Assembly (NCBI RefSeq): GCF_001194135.2
Contig: NC_068993.1
Coordinates: forward strand, 63,821,459 to 63,862,160
Direction: 5' to 3'
Source of the DNA: Octopus bimaculoides
Lineage: Eukaryota
Length of the DNA: 40,702 nucleotides
The notes beneath the pieces are model-generated. The model worked only from the letters and a program-made list of their open reading frames with translations. It ran no database searches and was not told the DNA's origin. The first letter of the stretch is position 1. Each line of letters begins with the position of its first letter. The position numbers and the translations under genes are program-made. Shown in pieces: positions 38,823-40,702 of this stretch.

Positions 38823-39682
38823 ACTATGTTTGGATGTGTGTGTGTTTGTGGGTACATTTTTGTATGTTTTGAACAAACACTTTGCTGGATTCCAAGGTAC
38901 TGGTGGAGGGAGCTCCAAAGCTGGGGGGCTGGTGATTAAGTCCCAATGAAGCACGTAGGTACGATAGGATGTACTTCTTTTCATGTGGGCAAGGATTTCA
39001 AATTTTACTTCTGCTGTTCAGGTAGATACCTGGTTACTGAGAGCTCTTTAAAATCGCTCTTTTCTCAGTCAGACGTAATCTGCGCTTCCTGCTACTATTG
39101 AAGTACGCTTTACATTTCTCTAGAATCATCCACTCTATGCTGTACTCAGTGGCGCTTTCATTCAACGACCATACGTGCTTGGCAAGGCTTGTGACATTAC
39201 GTCTCTTTAGCATGCTGAAAGAGTACTTGTGGTTGTTATAGTGGGTTCTGAAGGGGCCTTCAGTTGGTCCCGCGTACATTCGCACGTTTGGTTGACAATT
39301 TTGTCCTATTGCTCTTACTTCTGCTTCGTATACGATGGTTTAGAATTACAGTGGCTGTTCAATAGACATATCTCGGCCCTACTGGAGCATACTGCCCCTG
39401 TCTCAGATGTGGGTCTACTAACAAAAATCTTTTCTACATTGGGTGCATGGCTAAAGGAAAACTCTCAGAGTGTGCCTATTAAATATTTTACTGAACCTGT
39501 TTGTACGAAGAAAGTGTTTTTCTACTAAACTAAGGGAAATTTTACCAACTCGGGTTTTCCTTGGCTTAAGTGTTCTTATTATTTAAAACACCTTGATTTG
39601 ATTGGATCCNNNNNNNNNNNNNNNNNNNNNNNNNNNNNNNNNNNNNNNNNNNNNNNNNNNNNNNNNNNNNNNNNNNNNNNNN

Positions 39683-39741
<59 letters not shown>

Positions 39742-40061
39742 TTATGTGTGTATCGATATGTGTGCACATGTATGTGTATGAATGTATATACATACATACT
39801 TATCTATATATATACAAGAAACCTTCGATTAAGAATTTTCGATTTTAGCCTGTTTATTCATTTTAACCTGATTTTATTTCATACGAGTTAAATTTCATTC
39901 AACACGGTCTTAAAGAAATGCATTTAAACCTCACAGAGAATGTATACTGTTGCCAAGCAACGGCCGGCAGCCATCAGCAAGATCCCTCATTGTTTCACTT
40001 TTTTCTCCTCGTTTAATCGCTAGTTTTGCTTATTTTATTAGAATATTTTCCTCCATTAGCA

Positions 40062-40650
40062 ATGATTAAGGGGAAAGTTGAAAGTGAAGATGATTGCTGT
40101 AATAAAAAATGTTTTACGTTCTAGAAACTGAAAATAATTAAAAGTTATGATAACGGCAATAGAAAATGAGAGATTATTTAGAATGAACCGCGCGCATCCT
40201 TTTAAAACAAGATGAAGATTGTTAGTGAACAGATAGCTTGATCTTCGATAGTAATGCAACCTAAGCGAGAGGATTGAAACAACGCTTGTTACTCACTGAC
40301 ATGGATTGAAGATTTTAATCAGAGCCACATTTCTTTGAGTACCTACTTCATCAAATCAAAAGCTTTGAATCTATTCTCTATAGCGAAGAAACAATAAAAC
40401 TGTGTAGAAAAAGAAAAAAAAAACATAGGCAGCTCTGGAAAGTTCAAATGCTTCGAATAGCGTGTGTACAAGGCGAGCCTACTAACACTGATAAAGAAGC
40501 GAAGGAAAAAATTCAAAAGCTTGCACAAGCATACATAAAAGCATTCCGAGCAAAACAAGCATGGGAAATTCACCGAAAAACTGACAATTCAATGAGCTAC
40601 TACTGAGAGTTTCAAGGGAAGAAAAAGTGAAGCTTACAGGCTTCTTTAGA
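40062..40650 (+). mobile_element. Tigger/pogo-type transposase relic (psq and CENP-B HTH domains)
   Basis: ATG at 40062; KKCFTF*KLKIIKSYDNGNRK*EI; TWIEDFNQSHISLSTYFIKSKALNLF; GEPTNTDKEAKEKIQKL; SREEK..TGF. These resemble Tigger motifs (WIED....PLS..I..KA; GE..SAD.EAA; EEK..PGFK). Multiple stops and frameshifts. Confidence 0.65.
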
Positions 40651-40702
40651 TACATTTCCCCTGAGAAAGAAATATATTAGAACATTATATATATATATAT
40701 AT

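Larger units (their letters stand above)
38095..39570 (-). mobile_element. Penelope-like element 3' portion: GIY-YIG endonuclease plus long 3' UTR/pLTR
   Basis: The minus strand reads KTRVGKISLSLVEKHF..RFSKIFNRHTLRV..PNVEKI; CSSR..CLLNSHC; MYAGPTEGPFRTHYNNHKYSF..SLAKHVWSLNE...EWMILEKCKAY..RLTEKRAIL; LNSRSKI..PCPH. This is the canonical PLE C-terminus. The UTR boundary near 38095 is inferred from the hammerhead position and sequence composition. Confidence 0.85.

Overview
AT-rich, microsatellite-saturated eukaryotic genomic DNA from a gapped short-read assembly (11 N-runs). The repeat families resemble those I recall from Octopus genomes (inference, not checked against a database). No intact host protein-coding gene is recognisable, and almost all listed ORFs are translations of (CA)n/(TA)n/(GA)n tracts or N gaps. 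The window reads as intronic or intergenic. It holds many tRNA-derived SINE copies, decayed non-LTR retrotransposons (Tx1/L1-like, RTE-like, R4/Dong-like), several Penelope-like element (PLE) remnants, and hAT and Tigger/pogo transposase relics. The most unusual locus is 38.1-39.6 kb. There a minus-strand GIY-YIG PLE carries, in its apparent 3' UTR/pLTR, an antisense ~140-nt piece of 28S rRNA followed by a well-formed type I hammerhead ribozyme fold. A 26-bp pre-miRNA-like hairpin at 25.3 kb and a weak candidate 132-nt exon at 17.1 kb also merit checking. Element boundaries are approximate, read by eye.
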